Shown here: positions 1 through 12,759 of the stretch, one piece after another
How the letters are laid out: every line of letters starts with the position of its first letter
Numbering within the stretch: the stretch's first letter is position 1
NCBI RefSeq assembly: GCF_009834535.1
Contig: NC_045710.1
Coordinates: 50,096,001 to 50,160,000, forward strand
Direction of reading: 5' to 3'
DNA from: Camelus ferus
Taxonomy: Eukaryota
Length of the DNA: 64,000 nt
The notes under the pieces: generated by a model
What the model was told of the DNA's origin: nothing
Database searches by the model: none
What the model saw: the letters and a program-made list of their open reading frames with translations, nothing else
Position numbers and translations under genes: made by a program

Positions 1-207
1 AAATACCCATGAAATATTTATTAGGTAACAAACAAATCCCTCCATATATATATATCCCAAGGCACAATTTTTCCAGTCCACATTCTCAGCACTAAATAAC
101 AGGAAATGAATAGTGAAAGTAGACAAAAGCTTCAGTTACCAGGAGGAAAATATAGATTTTTATATTATCTTGTCATAAGGAGCATGAAAGAAAGTGACTG
201 TCTATAC

Positions 208-403
208 CAGAGGTTAGCAAACGGGCCTGCAGCCTGTTTTTGTAAATAAAATTGTATTGTAGCATCACTACATGTATTTAGTTTACGTCCTGTCACTGGC
301 TGTTTCTGTGCTATGACAGCAGAGTTGGGTAGTTGCCATGGAGACCACCAAGCCCTCAGTACTTGCCACCTAGACCTCTCCAGAATAAGTAGGCTGACCC
401 CTG
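208..403 (+). mobile_element. MER58A-like hAT-Charlie DNA transposon
   Basis: CAGAGGTTAGCAAAC...CCTGTTTTTGTAAATAAAATT...GCAGAGTTGGGTAGTTGC...GCTGACCCCTG follows the recalled MER58A consensus end to end. Confidence 0.8.
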
Positions 404-446
404 GACATTTGCACCCCAATAGAAAGTGGGCAAAGGATACTGACAC

Positions 447-624
447 CAAGGTCAGCTTCAAGGGCATGGGACCTGTGTAGTTGCCCAGGGACCCACACTC
501 AGAAAGGCCCTGCACCTAGTTTAATACTCTGCTATCACCATCTTGACATTCTTAATAGTTTTTGAACAAGAAGACCTGCGTTTTTATTTTGCAGTGGATC
601 CTACAAATTATATGGCTGGTCCTA
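447..624 (+). mobile_element. MER91A-like hAT-Tip100 DNA transposon
   Basis: GACCTGTGTAGTTGCCCAGGG...CTCAGAAAGGCCCTG...TTTAATACTCTGCT...ATTCTTAATAGTTTTTGAACAAG...CAAATTATATGGCTGGTCCT matches recalled MER91A. Confidence 0.8.
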
Positions 625-1409
625 ATTGATCCACCATGCTTTTAAAACAAAGAAAGTGAAATAAATTATAAATATGAAAAAAAAATCTAGGGCCTATTAT
701 TAAATATATCCCAAAAGAACATGATGAAAATTCGTTTCATTTATAAAAACATACAGGTATTTCGGCAAGAGCTAATCCTGAGTGTGGGTAAGAAAATGAG
801 CACTTTGTATCTTGCTCCTGGGAGCTGAATGATCACAACAGTGGCAAGTGAAATGCAGTGGCCACTGTCTCAGGGTAGAAATAATTTATTCTCACTATAC
901 TCATATAGAGAAAATACCTCAAAGCTGTTTCACTTGTCTTCGAAAGACCCTCCTGCCAGGGACAGGTGTTAGTGAGGAGAGGCAACTTTCTCCCAAACTA
1001 GAAAACCTAGCCCAGTGCAAGAATTTAAACACTCAGTAAATTTAAGTCTTTTAAATTTTGCCCCACCCCTACTTCTCTCACTCATAGGGCTGTGTGTTCG
1101 AGAGGGGCCTATTGTTTCTTTATTGCTTCTAAGCGAAGGGGACCTCTGACTTTTCTGGTAGCCACAGTACCATCTCTTATCTTGTCGTGGTCACCTGGTG
1201 ATCATCCACAGATCACATTGGTGGCTTTGACTGGTGGCCCTTGGTTCTCATTTATCACATCTTTGTGTGCATTTCAGTTATGAGAAATACCTTGTGGACA
1301 GCTAACCAGTCTTCTGATTTCTTAGCAATAGCAACAAGAACAATTTTGTGTTGAATTTGCACCAAAAGTACCAATACCTGATTATCAGAAAATGTTTTTA
1401 GGCTTTTCC

Positions 1410-1428
1410 TGGTGTGTGTGTGTGTGTT
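1410..1428. repeat. (TG)n microsatellite
   Basis: About 8-9 TG units, read directly. Confidence 0.9.
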
Positions 1429-1544
1429 GGAAAAGACAAATTGGTGGAGATGAAAGGAGTACATATTTTGATATAATATCTTTTTGATCATTCACAAGAA
1501 GAAAAAACAGTTTCCATCTTGACACAGTATATATGCATTATTTA

Positions 1545-1715
1545 CGCATAGTTGACCTAAAGTTTCACATAGCAATACTTTCTGTTACAGTATGTAATAT
1601 ATCCTGATGTTTCTATTCTATTCTGTTTCATTTTTATTAAATGTTGGCCACATCCCACCTAACTGATTTGCCAAATCACTAATAGGTTGCATTCCACAGC
1701 TAACAAGTCATTGTT
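1545..1715 (+). mobile_element. Degenerate hAT-Charlie-type DNA transposon fragment
   Basis: TTCTATTCTATTC...AAATGTTGGCCCACATCCCACCTAACTGATTTG..AAATCACTAATAGGTTGCA..CCACAG resembles a Charlie-family 3' terminus; subfamily uncertain. Confidence 0.5.
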
Positions 1716-2847
1716 ATCATAGTCATCAGTTAGATTCCTCGCAAGTCAGTAAATAGGTGGGGCGGGGCATCTGGGCTGGGGTCTCTGGACACAGATAGGA
1801 GCAGGGTGGGTAGCCTCCTACTCAAAGTACAGTGCTCAGTGGCCTGGTTTGGGGCTGCACTGGTATCTGAAGAAATTGGAGTGAAGGCAAGAGTGAAGGT
1901 CAAGCTTTTAGAGCAGAAGGGAGGCTTGGCCGTGACCCCAGTCAGTCATAGGAGGACAAGGGCTAAAGACTTGGGCTGGGTTTAGACCTCCAGCCAGTGA
2001 GGGTGCAGTGTGAGGCCAGGAGGAAGGAGAGGAGGGCCAAGGAAGAAGTGGGGTAGTAGGGGTGCAGGGAGAAGGGGGACAAGTGAACATGGGGCCTGTG
2101 ATGTCAGAACTGATTGCTGGCCCCGCTTAGTGGTGCCTGAGGCTGCTGTACCCTTCCAGGATTTAGCTAGGGACTTGGGTGGGTCACTGAGGACGTTGGT
2201 GACTTCAGCCGGGTGGGGCTAAGGAAAAGCAGGAACTGATGGTTTTATAATTTCCATCCTGACAGCGACTCTGCTCTTCCAGGATTGAAAGACTCCTGGG
2301 TGATGGTTCCAACTGTGAGCTCTCTTTTTCCCCTTTTCGTTTGACTCTAATCCGTGTGCAAAGAGGAGAGGGATGCAGACAATTTAAACCCAATTTGGCC
2401 CACTGGATTTTTTTCTGACTCTGGTTCTGTCTGTGGCTAATGGAAAGAGCATGTGTTTTCTAAGGAGCTTAACCACAGGGAGGTGAAACTCACAGAAACA
2501 CAAGGAGAATGTATTTCGGAAACCAATCAGAATGAGACTCAGGGTTCTTCTTTTGCTCCTGCTCTTTGTATATCAGACCTTTGGAAGTAACTAAGTGGTC
2601 ATCTGAGGGCAATGCCAAACTCCATGCAAAATCCCTCATTGGGGATACACAGTGAATGTGGTGTCACAAAATATATTGACTTCTTACCATGTTCCAAGCA
2701 CCAAAAAGGGCATGGGAAAACAAAAATTATTAAGAAACCCTGGAGCTGCCACCAGTGGTTACTTTCTTGTGGAACTAGGAGTGAGAACTGGTGGCTTGGT
2801 GTCCTGATGGTCTGGGCAACCCTTCTCAAAGTCAAGTCAGAAGATGG

Positions 2848-3602
2848 TGTCTTTGCTGAAACATAGCCTCCATAACTGCTTAGTGAACTGAGACTTGAGG
2901 ACAGGGTTTTGGATGAAGTAGAAAAGACAGCTTTATTTCTTTGCCAGGCAAAGGAGGTTACAGTGGGCTAATGCCTCCAACACTGTGAGCCTGCTGGGGA
3001 AAGAGGGCAGGAGGGTTTACAGTAAAAGCTCAAGAGTTCAGAGGTGGAGCTAGTTTCCATAGAGATCCTATACAGGGTAACAAATTGTTGCAAAGTTGTT
3101 CTTATTTTTGCAGATGCAGTGGTCTCCTTCCCTCTGCTGGGCATGAAGTTCACCTCAGGCTTTGGGACTCTTTTAATATTCTTGTACCTAGAACAAAGGA
3201 TGCATATGAAGGGGGTCCATGGGAAAATGCTCTAGAGAAAAACTTGTGCAGTTGATAAATGCTTCTAGCATTTTAGGCAGGCTGAGGCTTAGGACCTCTT
3301 GCTGTAGGCAGAGACCTGCACTTGGAACAACAGAATACAAGGAAACCATAAGGGGCTAAAAGTAACTGCAGACATGTGCAATTGGGGTGAATTATGAGCA
3401 ACAAGATGCACAAAACACAAGAGGAGGGCACTGGGGTCAAAACCAGGGCTCTGAGCACCAGGAGGGGGTTGGGCAACCACCCAAGCCTCCCTCCTCTCCA
3501 GCCTAACCCGAGTCAGCAAGAGTATGAGAAAAACCCTTTAAAACATTATACAGTTAAGCAGATACAAACACCATTACAGATATCAGATGTTCACCGATGA
3601 CA
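2848..3602 (-). mobile_element. Probable solo ERV1-type LTR
   Basis: Starts TG (2848) and ends CA (3602). Contains the block AGAAAAGACAGCTTTATTTCTTTGCCAGGCAAAGGAGG...GGGCTAATGCCTC, which I recognise from laurasiatherian ERV LTRs. AATAAA lies on the minus strand at 2932-2937, about 85 nt from the LTR end. TSD imperfect (GATGG/GTAGG). Confidence 0.6.
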
Positions 3603-4174
3603 GTAGGTTCCTGCTTGGTTACAGTGTGAGGAGGTGTGACTCTGATTTTGAGTGGATCCAGGTATATTGAAGGAATCTTTGGACACAGAACTCTGTAGGG
3701 CTGTGTTCAAGCAGAATTCCTAGGAGGCTACTTGAATTCCAAATTTTGCTGAGACTTACACTTGTGGAACCCAGGCACGAAATCCCAAGAAGGAGCCTGA
3801 ATCCTCCACACCATCCTGATACCCAGTTGGCTCATGGAAATCTTCAGGGGCTAGAATGGCATTTGTGTTAGGACTGAAGTGAGTCAAATATCTGGGACCT
3901 TTCACATCCACTGACTTACACAACATGGATATTTCAGCTCTCTTTGACCAGAGTTCGCCAGCAGTTGTGTGTTAAAAGCAATTCTAAAAAATAAAAATAA
4001 AAAACAATCCACAACAGAGTTCAGTGAAAACTCTCCCAGTACTACTTATATTTGGGCCAAGAAGGAGTTTTTATTTCTAGCTTGGGGCTTTGGTAACAAT
4101 GGCTGTGTGAGCCATTACTGCCTGAAGAGAACATCAGTGCTCCATAGCTGGGACGTTAGGATCATTATTTCTTT

Positions 4175-4717
4175 AAAAAAATTTTTTTTAATTTTAATTG
4201 AAGTATAGTCGATTTACAATGTGTTAATTTCTGGTGTACAGCACAGTGATTCAGTTATACATACGTATTTTCCTTTTCATATTCTTTTTCATTATAGGCT
4301 ATTATAAGTTATTGAATACAGTTCCCTGTGCTATATACAATAAGACCTTGTTGTTTAGGTATTTTATATATAGTAGAGTGTATCTGCTAATCCCAAACTC
4401 CTAGTTTATCCCTATCCCCTTTGTCCCCCCTAGTAACCATAAGTTTGTTTTCTATGTCTGTGAGTCTGTTTCTGTTTTGTAAACAAGTTCATTTGTGTCA
4501 TTTTCTTAGATTCCACATATAAATGATAGCATATGGTATTTGTCTTTCTCTTTCTGATATACTTTATTTAGTATGATAATCTCTAGGTCCATCCATGTTG
4601 CTGCAAATGGCATTATTTTATTCTTTTTTATGGCTGAGTAGCATTCCATTGTGTACATATATCATATCTTCTTTATCCAGTTATCTGTCAATGGACATTT
4701 TGGTTGCTTCCATGCAA
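4175..4717 (-). mobile_element. 5'-truncated L1 3' end (artiodactyl type) with TSD
   Basis: T-rich tail, then TTGAAGTATAGTCGATTTACAATGTG...TTCCCTGTGCTATA...TCCATCCATGTTGCTGCAAATGGC. 14-bp TSD with one mismatch: GATCATTA(T/A)TTCTT at 4160-4173 and 4718-4731. Confidence 0.9.
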
Positions 4718-6869
4718 GATCATTAATTCTTAAACAAGTCAGCATGATAAAGAAGGATGGAGGGTGGAGAGAAGCTGGCTCTGGAGTCACTCTCTGCCAC
4801 TTCCCCAACTTACACCCTCCTTCTGGTTGAGCCGTTGATTTTTCTGGGAGTAGCTACTAGGTCAGATCCCAAATCAGTAAATCAGTTTACAAAGCAAAGT
4901 GCAAGTGAGACTTGCATGTTTTGACAGTAAGTCCAAACAGAATTGAAGACCCAGCAGATCTGTCCCTATGAGAGAAGGACAGACATTGGGTTGAGATCCC
5001 AGTGGGTAGTTTCCAGAGGCCCATGGATGAAGTAGTTAGAGTTCAGAGTTAGGAGTCCAGCAGTGGCCAGTGGGTGGTGCTGAGACAGGAGAGAGGACAG
5101 TGGCACCAAGGCAGGCAAGCCCCTTGCTCCTGGGGATCTGGGTTACAAAGAAATGAGCTGCACCTCCGGTAAGCTCACCTCCATGCTAAAATCATAGCAG
5201 CAGGCACGAGGCTCTTTCCTTCTCTAAGGGGTGATTTGATCTTGGGGTAGGATAGAGCATGCATGTGGGGGTTAGGGAGCTCAGTAATTAGGACTAGAAG
5301 GATTCCAAGATGCAGATATACATAACCCTATATTCCTCTGCCTAGAAGCCGAGGCCCCTTGGCATCCCACGGTAACCCAGAGAAGACAAAACTAATTTGG
5401 TCCCAGAATCTTAGAAGGCTATGTTTCCCCTCAGTGCTTGAAAGAATAGGCTTTGTACATCTCAACTGTGTGCTAAAGTGGGTATGTTTTGGCTAAGGCT
5501 TATATAATTACGGAAGGACTGATCATGTGTACATACAAAACAACAAACCTTAATAGGGCCATTATTAGTAGAGTTGGGATGGGAGAAGTCAGCATGTCAA
5601 TACCTTCTCACCACCAGTTTTATCTTGAGTCTCATTTTACTTTCTTCTTGAGAAAATACAGCCATTGCCCATTAGCAAGAAAGCTTTCCAGATAGATTTA
5701 GACTTTTCCCCACACTCCAGGATATTTCTCGGATCTTTCCCTATATCTTGCATCAAAATATCAGATGAATACCAAAATTGTCTAAATCCTACATGTCGGT
5801 CTCAGTCAGAAGAATAGTGAAAATGACATGTTTTAAGACAGAAGAATGTCTGAATTATCATTGGGTGACCCTGTTTCATAAGTAAAAGGATGTAAATTGA
5901 TTTGAGGCTGTGAAATAGGGCCAATCCTTGAGAACAAAGAAATAGTAATCCAAAAGGATTTACTCCAAACCCCTGCGCCTTAAGCAGAGAGCCAAGAATA
6001 GGCCCCCAATTCTAGTTACGAGATCCTATTTCAACAACCCTTTGCCTCCCCTCCCAGTTTAATTCCCTCACTGCAGGACTTCTCTACAGAAGAGAAAATC
6101 AAATATGGGATAGAGGAACTGTGGGGAGTCCTCTCTCATCATTAGGTGTCTTACCCTACCCCTCAGTAACCAAAATCTCAGATAGCACTTGTCCAGGTCC
6201 TATGGACCAAACCATAACATTGCATTTCAGAAATGCACACAGATGAGCAATAGTCAAGGAAATCTCTTGATTCCAGTGGAAAGGAGTTGTAGAATTCTGG
6301 ATTGGATCATGGCTTATAATCAGACAGGTGGTGCCTCTTTGGAAGCACATACACTGCATTGGGCCATATCTATCAAACCTTCAGTAGGACCCCCAGAACC
6401 AGAGCATCCACTCCATAGCTAACAAAGAGCAGCCAGGACCAGTCTTGAAGACCTGAAATATACAACTGAACCTTGTCTAGGAGGATGGCTGGAATTCTAA
6501 TGAAAGGGTTTCTAAAGCTTTAAAAGCCCAGGGCTAGGATGCACTATTCTGGTGAGCTTTTAGGAGACTCCCAGCTTACACTAAGCTTAGAGGTCTACCG
6601 TTGATGATTAAGTAGTCCCGATCTCCAAGGAGCTGTGCTCTAGAACCTTTGATCCATCTGGGAAGGCGCCTCGGGTTCACATAGGGTCACAGGAATTGGC
6701 TGGAGCCAAGGTTATTCATCCAGACTAGGGCAGAAGAGGTGCTGTCCAGCTGGCAAAAGATCAGGAGGCGTCTGTGAGCAATCGAGGTTTCTCCTCCCCA
6801 GGCTACTCTCTCTTCCAGCCAATAAACAAGTTAAATGCTGGATAGCCAAATCGCCTTAAGACCCTCACA

Positions 6870-7110
6870 AGGGGAGCTTGAAAAAAAAAGTGACTGCAAC
6901 CCAACCCAGTATCAAAGGAGGATGATGACCGACACTGACCTGGTTCTCAGAGAGCATGGGATGGGGGCACTGAGCCCCATCTGTGTCGGTCAAAGGTGAC
7001 AGGACTACTGAGTTGGGTCTTGAAGAATGAGTAGGAGTTTGCCAGTGTGGACCTTGAGTGTCCTGAGCCAGTGGAATATAAAAAAGCTGGGAAACTGGAA
7101 CAGAGGAGGT
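6870..7110 (-). mobile_element. L2 fragment
   Basis: GGTCTTGAAGAATGAGTAGGAGTTTGCCAG-type antisense L2 motif. Confidence 0.55.
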
Positions 7111-7269
7111 TAATTGGAAAAAGTTTATTTTTGACAAGAAGAGCCCCTGTCCCCTCCTTTCCCTGATCTCTTTCCCCATCTCCCCAACTCCTCACCCCGC
7201 TATCCTGTGGGCTCTATGCTGCTGCCGCCCGAGACTGCTTGCTTGTCCCCAAAGGACTGTTTAAATAGG

Positions 7270-9050
7270 CATTTCTATATTTACTAGAAGAGTTGAATGT
7301 TTTTTCAGTTACTGATTTACCATCCTTCAGGGGATTGCCTGTTCTGATGCTCTGTCTATTTTTCTATTGTTTGTCTTGTTAATTTTTACCTATCCTAGAC
7401 ACTAATCTTTTCCCTTTTATATTGGTTGATGACATCTCTCACTCTCTCCTTGTCTTTGAACTTGTTTATGGCATCTTGTTGTCATCCAGAATTTTAGACA
7501 CTTCGGGTAGTCAAAATTATTCTTAAAAAGCAATTCCTACTTTCTGTGTCTGGTGAAGAAATCCTTCACTCACCGGATGACATTAAAATCTCTTATAATT
7601 CACCCAATGGACTGAAAGTTTTGTATTACCTATTAGGTTTTAATACATCTAGGGTTCCATTTGGTATGAGATAGTGAGCTAATTGCCTTTGTCCATTGTC
7701 ACAGCATCATGTATTGAAGGGTTTATTCTCCTTCCCCAGTCTGAATCACCTCTTCCACTATATAGCATGACCTCACATGCACTGAGGTGTGGGTTCTCTT
7801 TTACTCCGTTGGCTCTACTGGTATACCATGTATCATGCATCTGGAGTCATTACATGTGACAGGGCAAGCTTTCCAACATCATTCTTTTACATTATTGCCT
7901 TGAGTACTTTTAGAACTTTAATCTTCATTTCATTTTTCAGGTTAGTTTTTGAGTTTCACAAAACATCCTTTCAGAATTTTTCCCAAAATTGAACTTATAG
8001 ACGAACTTGGGGAACATGAGATAGACTTACGATAGAGAGTCTTTCAGTGTATGACCATAACATATTGTATCACTTTTGTTCAGATAAGACATATCATTTC
8101 TAGATATAAGGCAGAGAAAAATAAATTCTCCTCATAGAGATGGAATACATTCAACCAGAATGAGAATTCCTAGAGAGATTGCACCATGAAAAGGAAGGCA
8201 TAAAATCTACTTTGCACAGATTCATCTTAAAGATCTATAAAACAGTCTGAAACAAAGACAAATAGTAATAATGCTCTGGAAGTTAAAATTAAGATAAAAA
8301 AATAAAAGTAACCTGAGACCAGTGGAAAATGTGTTAGCATTTAGTACAAAATGTCAGAGTACAAGAAGCAAACTGTAACCCTAACAATTACTAGAATGAC
8401 AGGCAGAAATGCAGAGCTCAGCTGAAACAGATCCTTAAGTGAAAGGAAAGAGGCATCAAGGCGACAGAAGAGTGAGTTAGAACAGAAAAACTTACTACGA
8501 TGTCACTAACAGATTGAGTACGAGCACTGTGAACAATACTTATAAGATGAATTAAAACTGTAGTAAGTGGTATCAATGAAACAGAAGTGAGCCTTGGGAA
8601 ATAAATAAGGCCCCTTCCAAATCTAAAATTCTGTGATTCCATATGTCTTAGAGAAGGTTTGCCTCTTTTTTTAGTAAAAGGATTCCTTTTTAATAATGAA
8701 AGGCTGTCTCATTTTTCTTCCTTTATGTATTAGTACGACTAGTTACATTAGATACACTTAAATGTTGAACTGTCAATACCTTCCTGAAATAAACTCCACC
8801 AATTAATTAATTAGTATTCTTTTGGATTACTGCTGAATTAGTTTTGTGGTATTTTATTTAAGAGATTTTTCAATCTGTTTTTACAAATGAATTTGGACTC
8901 TTTGGAGGAGGGGAATTCATCTTTATCTGTTTGGGCATCTAGTTTGTGTTAATTTAATTTCAAAAAATTGGAATTGTTTTTCTTCCCTAATCGGAGGAAT
9001 AATTTAAATAGCACAAAAATAACTATTTCTTAAAGCTTTGAAACTAACCT
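7270..9050 (-). mobile_element. Old, fragmented L1M (ME-type) ORF2 remnants
   Basis: Antisense ORF2 motifs such as TTGTCACAGCATCATGTATTGAAG and ACCTTCCTGAAATAAACTCCAC; AT-rich and highly diverged. Confidence 0.5.
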
Positions 9051-9332
9051 GTGAATCTGGTTGGGCCCAGAGGTTTTTTTCCAGCATCCGAGTGTGTGGA
9101 GTCGGGGTGGAAAGCAGTGAAGGTGGAGTGAAGGGAGTTCTTTAATAAGATTCTCAGAACTCCAACATTAAGCCTAAGTGCCCTTTCAAATAATTTCCAT
9201 AGTTATGGAACTTTCAGATAATGAGCCCCATAGAGGATAGATCAAATGTCAAATAATAGAATAGGAAGAGAAATGACACAAGGTAAAAACAAATGAACAC
9301 CTGATTAAGTCACACCTGCTTTATTTTCCTAG

Positions 9333-9404
9333 ATCGGGAAGTGTGCTGCACCACTGGAATGAAATCTATTACTTCGTGGAACAATTGGCTCATAAATTCA
9401 TCAG
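9333..9404 (+). CDS. ANTXR1: ANTXR1 exon 2 (72 nt, phase 2-2): (K)[23 protein letters not shown](S)
   Basis: ttttcctAG|ATCGGG...ATCAG|GTgaga. Translation matches recalled TEM8 residues 52-74 and carries the SxS of the MIDAS DxSxS motif. Confidence 0.98.
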
Positions 9405-9599
9405 GTGAGAAACATAATGTATAGTTCTCATCCGTGAGTAAAACCAGCCTGTGTTTGCTATTTTACTAATTACTAACAACCTTGGGGATGCTTTTTGATG
9501 CCAAAGGTGATGAGATCTTGGAATTTGATGCTGAGATCTTGGAACAGAGACTTGACTTTGTTGCTATTTTTCCTCTTTGCTTTTATTTCCATTCTTCTC

Positions 9600-9756
9600 T
9601 TTTTTAAAAAAAAAAAAGCTGAAGTATAGTTGATTTATAATGCTAGTTTCCAGTGTACAGCCAAGTGGTTCAGTTTATATATGTTCTTTTTCAGATTCTT
9701 TTCCATTATAAGTTATCACAAGATATTGAATATAGTTCCCTGTGCTGTACAGTAGT
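9600..9756 (-). mobile_element. Short L1 3'-end fragment
   Basis: GAAGTATAGTTGATTTATAATG...TTCCCTGTGCTGTACAGTAG; same family as 4175-4717. Confidence 0.85.
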
Positions 9757-9974
9757 TGACTTTGTTTTAATCTTTGCCACATGTTAGAATAACTTTTGGC
9801 TTCATGTTTTCAAGAGGACCGCAATTTGGTTATAAGACCAAAATTTTCACTTTCTCCCTGTCTTAGTGAATAATATCCTCCTAGAAGGATCATTAACATT
9901 TTCTTTCACCACACATCATGCTGGGGCAATCGGCTCGTTCTTGCTGGACCCCCGTGTAGAGGCCATGGTGTGTA

Positions 9975-10084
9975 AAGTGACCAACTCGTCCCAATTTGCC
10001 CAAAACTTCCCTGGTTTTAGCAACTGAAAGTTGCACTTCCTGGGAGTTCTCAGTCCTGGGCAAACCACGATGGTCCATCAGCCT
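9975..10084 (+). mobile_element. MER94-like hAT-Blackjack element
   Basis: GTGACCAACTCGTCCCAATTTGCCC...GGTTTTAGCAACTGAAAG...CTCAGTCCTGGGCAAACC matches recalled MER94. Confidence 0.75.
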
Positions 10085-10999
10085 CGCTATGTACCCTACC
10101 AGGTAGAATTCTCTGAGCATTGTCAACACTGCTTTCCAAGGGAGAATGATGCAGTTTTGAACATGATCACTATACACATCACAGGGGCCTCGGAGGTCCT
10201 ATTTTTCAGTGTGTAGACACCCACTTGTGTAAGAAAGGAGGCCATTTCACCCTCCTCGGGTGCAGCCTCCAAGAGATAACACAACTGTGATAGCGTTCCT
10301 GGAAATGCTTGAAACCAGTTGTCAAAGCCTTTGGCAAAATTGTTCTTCTGATCATTGTAAATTCTAAAGCAGCTCCACTTCTCCTTGGTGGCCTCTGTAG
10401 AGTCTTCCAGCCAATGTGAGTAATCATACACTTCTTCTTTCAATCAGTTTCTTTGTCTCAAGACAGGTTTTCCTCTGAGACCAGGGTAATGACAAATGTG
10501 TTCCTTGCCAAGTCAGTTACTGGTCTCAGCATGTGCCCGCCTGCCTGATTGGAGGGAAAGCATTAGGAGGTGTCTTCTCGGTGATGCCAAAAGTTGGGAC
10601 CTGCAGCAGGAAGTCCCTAAATCCAGATGAATGGAGGAAAGAGATGTGAGGAGGAGTGGGGGAGCAGGAAGTAGATGGAAAGGAGAAAAGTAAATGCATA
10701 GGTGGTATTATAAACAAAATATTTAAGAGACTCTTAGAAGCTTAGGGTTGAAAGGAGCATTTTTCAAGCTATCCTAAGGGGCTGTCACTAACCCCCAACT
10801 TGAATAGCTCTGGTGAGAAACTGCTTCCTTTTGAGGCAAACAAGCCAATTGTTGGACAATTCCAGTTTCCATGCAGATCTTTCTGTCATCGACCCACAAT
10901 GTCTCATCCATCTGGAGAGATATAAAACAAATCTGCCTGCAGCCACTTACAGTATCGGCTATGTCTCTATTTGCTCTCATGGTTCTCTGTTCCCTCTAA

Positions 11000-11185
11000 A
11001 GCAGAGAAGTCTTTTGGAAAAGGCTTTCAAGTTAAGCAGATGCGGATTTGAATCCAAGCTCCCCTGGGCAACCATAGCAATTTGTTTACCTTGGTTGAAC
11101 CCTAGTTTGCCTGTGAAAATTATAAGAGAAAACACATGCAAACCAACTGGCCCCACATCTGGCTTAGAGTAGGCACTCAACGCTT
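11000..11185 (+). mobile_element. MIR SINE
   Basis: GGATTTGAATCC...CTGTGAAAAT...GTAGGCACTCAA, MIR core order. Confidence 0.6.
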
Positions 11186-11274
11186 CTCTCTCCCAGTTCC
11201 TTCAGCAACTCCAGACACTTGGCTATTTTAGTTTCAAAGGAGTTAGAGGTAGGGGTGGGAGGAACTAAGAGACC

Positions 11275-11360
11275 ACTTAATCCAATCCTGTCATTTTATA
11301 GAGGAAGAAACTGAGGATCAGAGTAATTGGCATGGCTTAATCCAGACCATGAGGCACGTT
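11275..11360 (-). mobile_element. MIR fragment
   Basis: TCATTTTATAGAGGAAGAAACTGAGG, antisense MIR core. Confidence 0.65.
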
Positions 11361-11429
11361 CCTCTGGCTGTCTCCTTGGGCCCTCTTTGGCTCTGGACCC
11401 CCTCAAAGCATGGCACCAAGACACCACTG

Positions 11430-12370
11430 CCACGCAAACTCCAAGAGGCAGGGATTGTCTTTTGTTGATTGCTGTAGCCCCCAATGCCTTGGAACAGTGC
11501 CTGACACACAGCATGCTCAATCAGTCGCATAACTTGTCACCATTTTCTTTAAACCTTCAAATTACAACTCACACTCACCACTCTCACCAAGAGCCCAGAG
11601 AAGAGCAGACAAGTGATTACCTCAAGTCCCAGTCTTCCTCTTAAAAGATGCATGTGTGCCTGTCCCATCATCTCTGGGATTCAAGTGTCCTCCTTATTTA
11701 AAGCCAGTCCCTCCATTTTAGCCCATTGTCTGCAGTCTCATCCAGGCCTTTGTTTCTCTGTTGTATTTGTCTCTACCTTTCTTCTGGCTTCATTTCCACT
11801 GTCCATAGACATAAACTAATCTCTCCTGCTCCATGTCTGAAAAGACAAAAACAAAAGACAATGAATCTCCTCATCACGTCTTCCTATACATGCTAACCTA
11901 ATTCTTTACTGGTTTCTCACTCAAATATCTTTAAAGACTTTGTGGCCTCCATATATTTGCATCTCATTCATTCCTTAACCCACCACTATCTGGACTTCAC
12001 CCCCACCCTCCACCTGCTTGCTCTTGGCAAAGTCCGGAAGTGATGCCCTAGAGGACAAATCCATTGAGTGCCATGCAGTGCTTGCCCTGCTGGACAGAGG
12101 AGCTTCATTGGATTCCAATTATCTCTCCTTGAAATTCTCCCCAGCATGGGCTCTCTTTTCATCTCACTGACTGGAGCCAGGCCTTTAAATCTTGGTGTTG
12201 GTTCTAGGTCGGGCTCCCTTCTCCTCTCCCGGATGATACTCTTTGAGCAATTTGATTCACATAAGTATGCTGAGGACTCCCAAACTACGTCTCCAGCCCA
12301 AACTCATATCCCAATGCCACTTGGAGACCTACATTCCCCGCATTTCAGATTCATTCTTTCCAGAACTTAA
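11430..12370 (+). mobile_element. L2 fragments (3' end plus ORF2 region)
   Basis: GGAACAGTGCCTGACACACAGCATGCTCAAT tail motif and a pyrimidine-rich L2 body (CTCCTTGAAATTCTC, CTCTTTGAGCAATTTG). Confidence 0.6.
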
Positions 12371-12384
12371 CTCAACAGAAGGGA

Positions 12385-12630
12385 AGTAATATAACACAGG
12401 AGCTAAAAGCACACATTCTAGAATCAGAATGCTTGGTCTTCAGCCCTAGGTTGTGTGACCACTCTCCCATGTGTGACCTTGGGAAAATTATTCTTTCAGG
12501 GTCTCAATTTCCTTTTGTGGCAAATAGGAATAATAAGAGTACTGATTTCATAAAGCTGTTATAAGTTTAATGAGATAATACATGCAAATCACTTATGATA
12601 GTGCCTGGCACATAGCAAGCATAGGGTGGG
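12385..12630 (+). mobile_element. MIR SINE, near full length
   Basis: GTGACCTTGGGAAAATT...CTCAATTTCC...AATAGGAATAATAAG...GATAATACATGCAAA...AGTGCCTGGCACATAG. Confidence 0.8.
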
Positions 12631-12759
12631 CCATTATTTTATTATATTATCATGATAATTATGATTGTTATTATTATCATTTAGGACATGGTGTCCTACT
12701 GGCCCAGCACTAGGGAGGTGGTAAATGCCGCCATGACGCCGTGGACAGAGAACCCAGGT

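Noticed and set aside
9508-9545. Short imperfect duplication (GAGATCTTGGAA twice) 100 bp after exon 2
   Set aside because: Real but tiny; ordinary slippage with no sign of function.
10123-10443. 106-aa minus-strand ORF with protein-like composition (EEVYDYSHWLED...)
   Set aside because: Starts at TTG, has no family I recognise and no splice or poly(A) support. A tBLASTn hit with frameshift-free orthologs would change this call.
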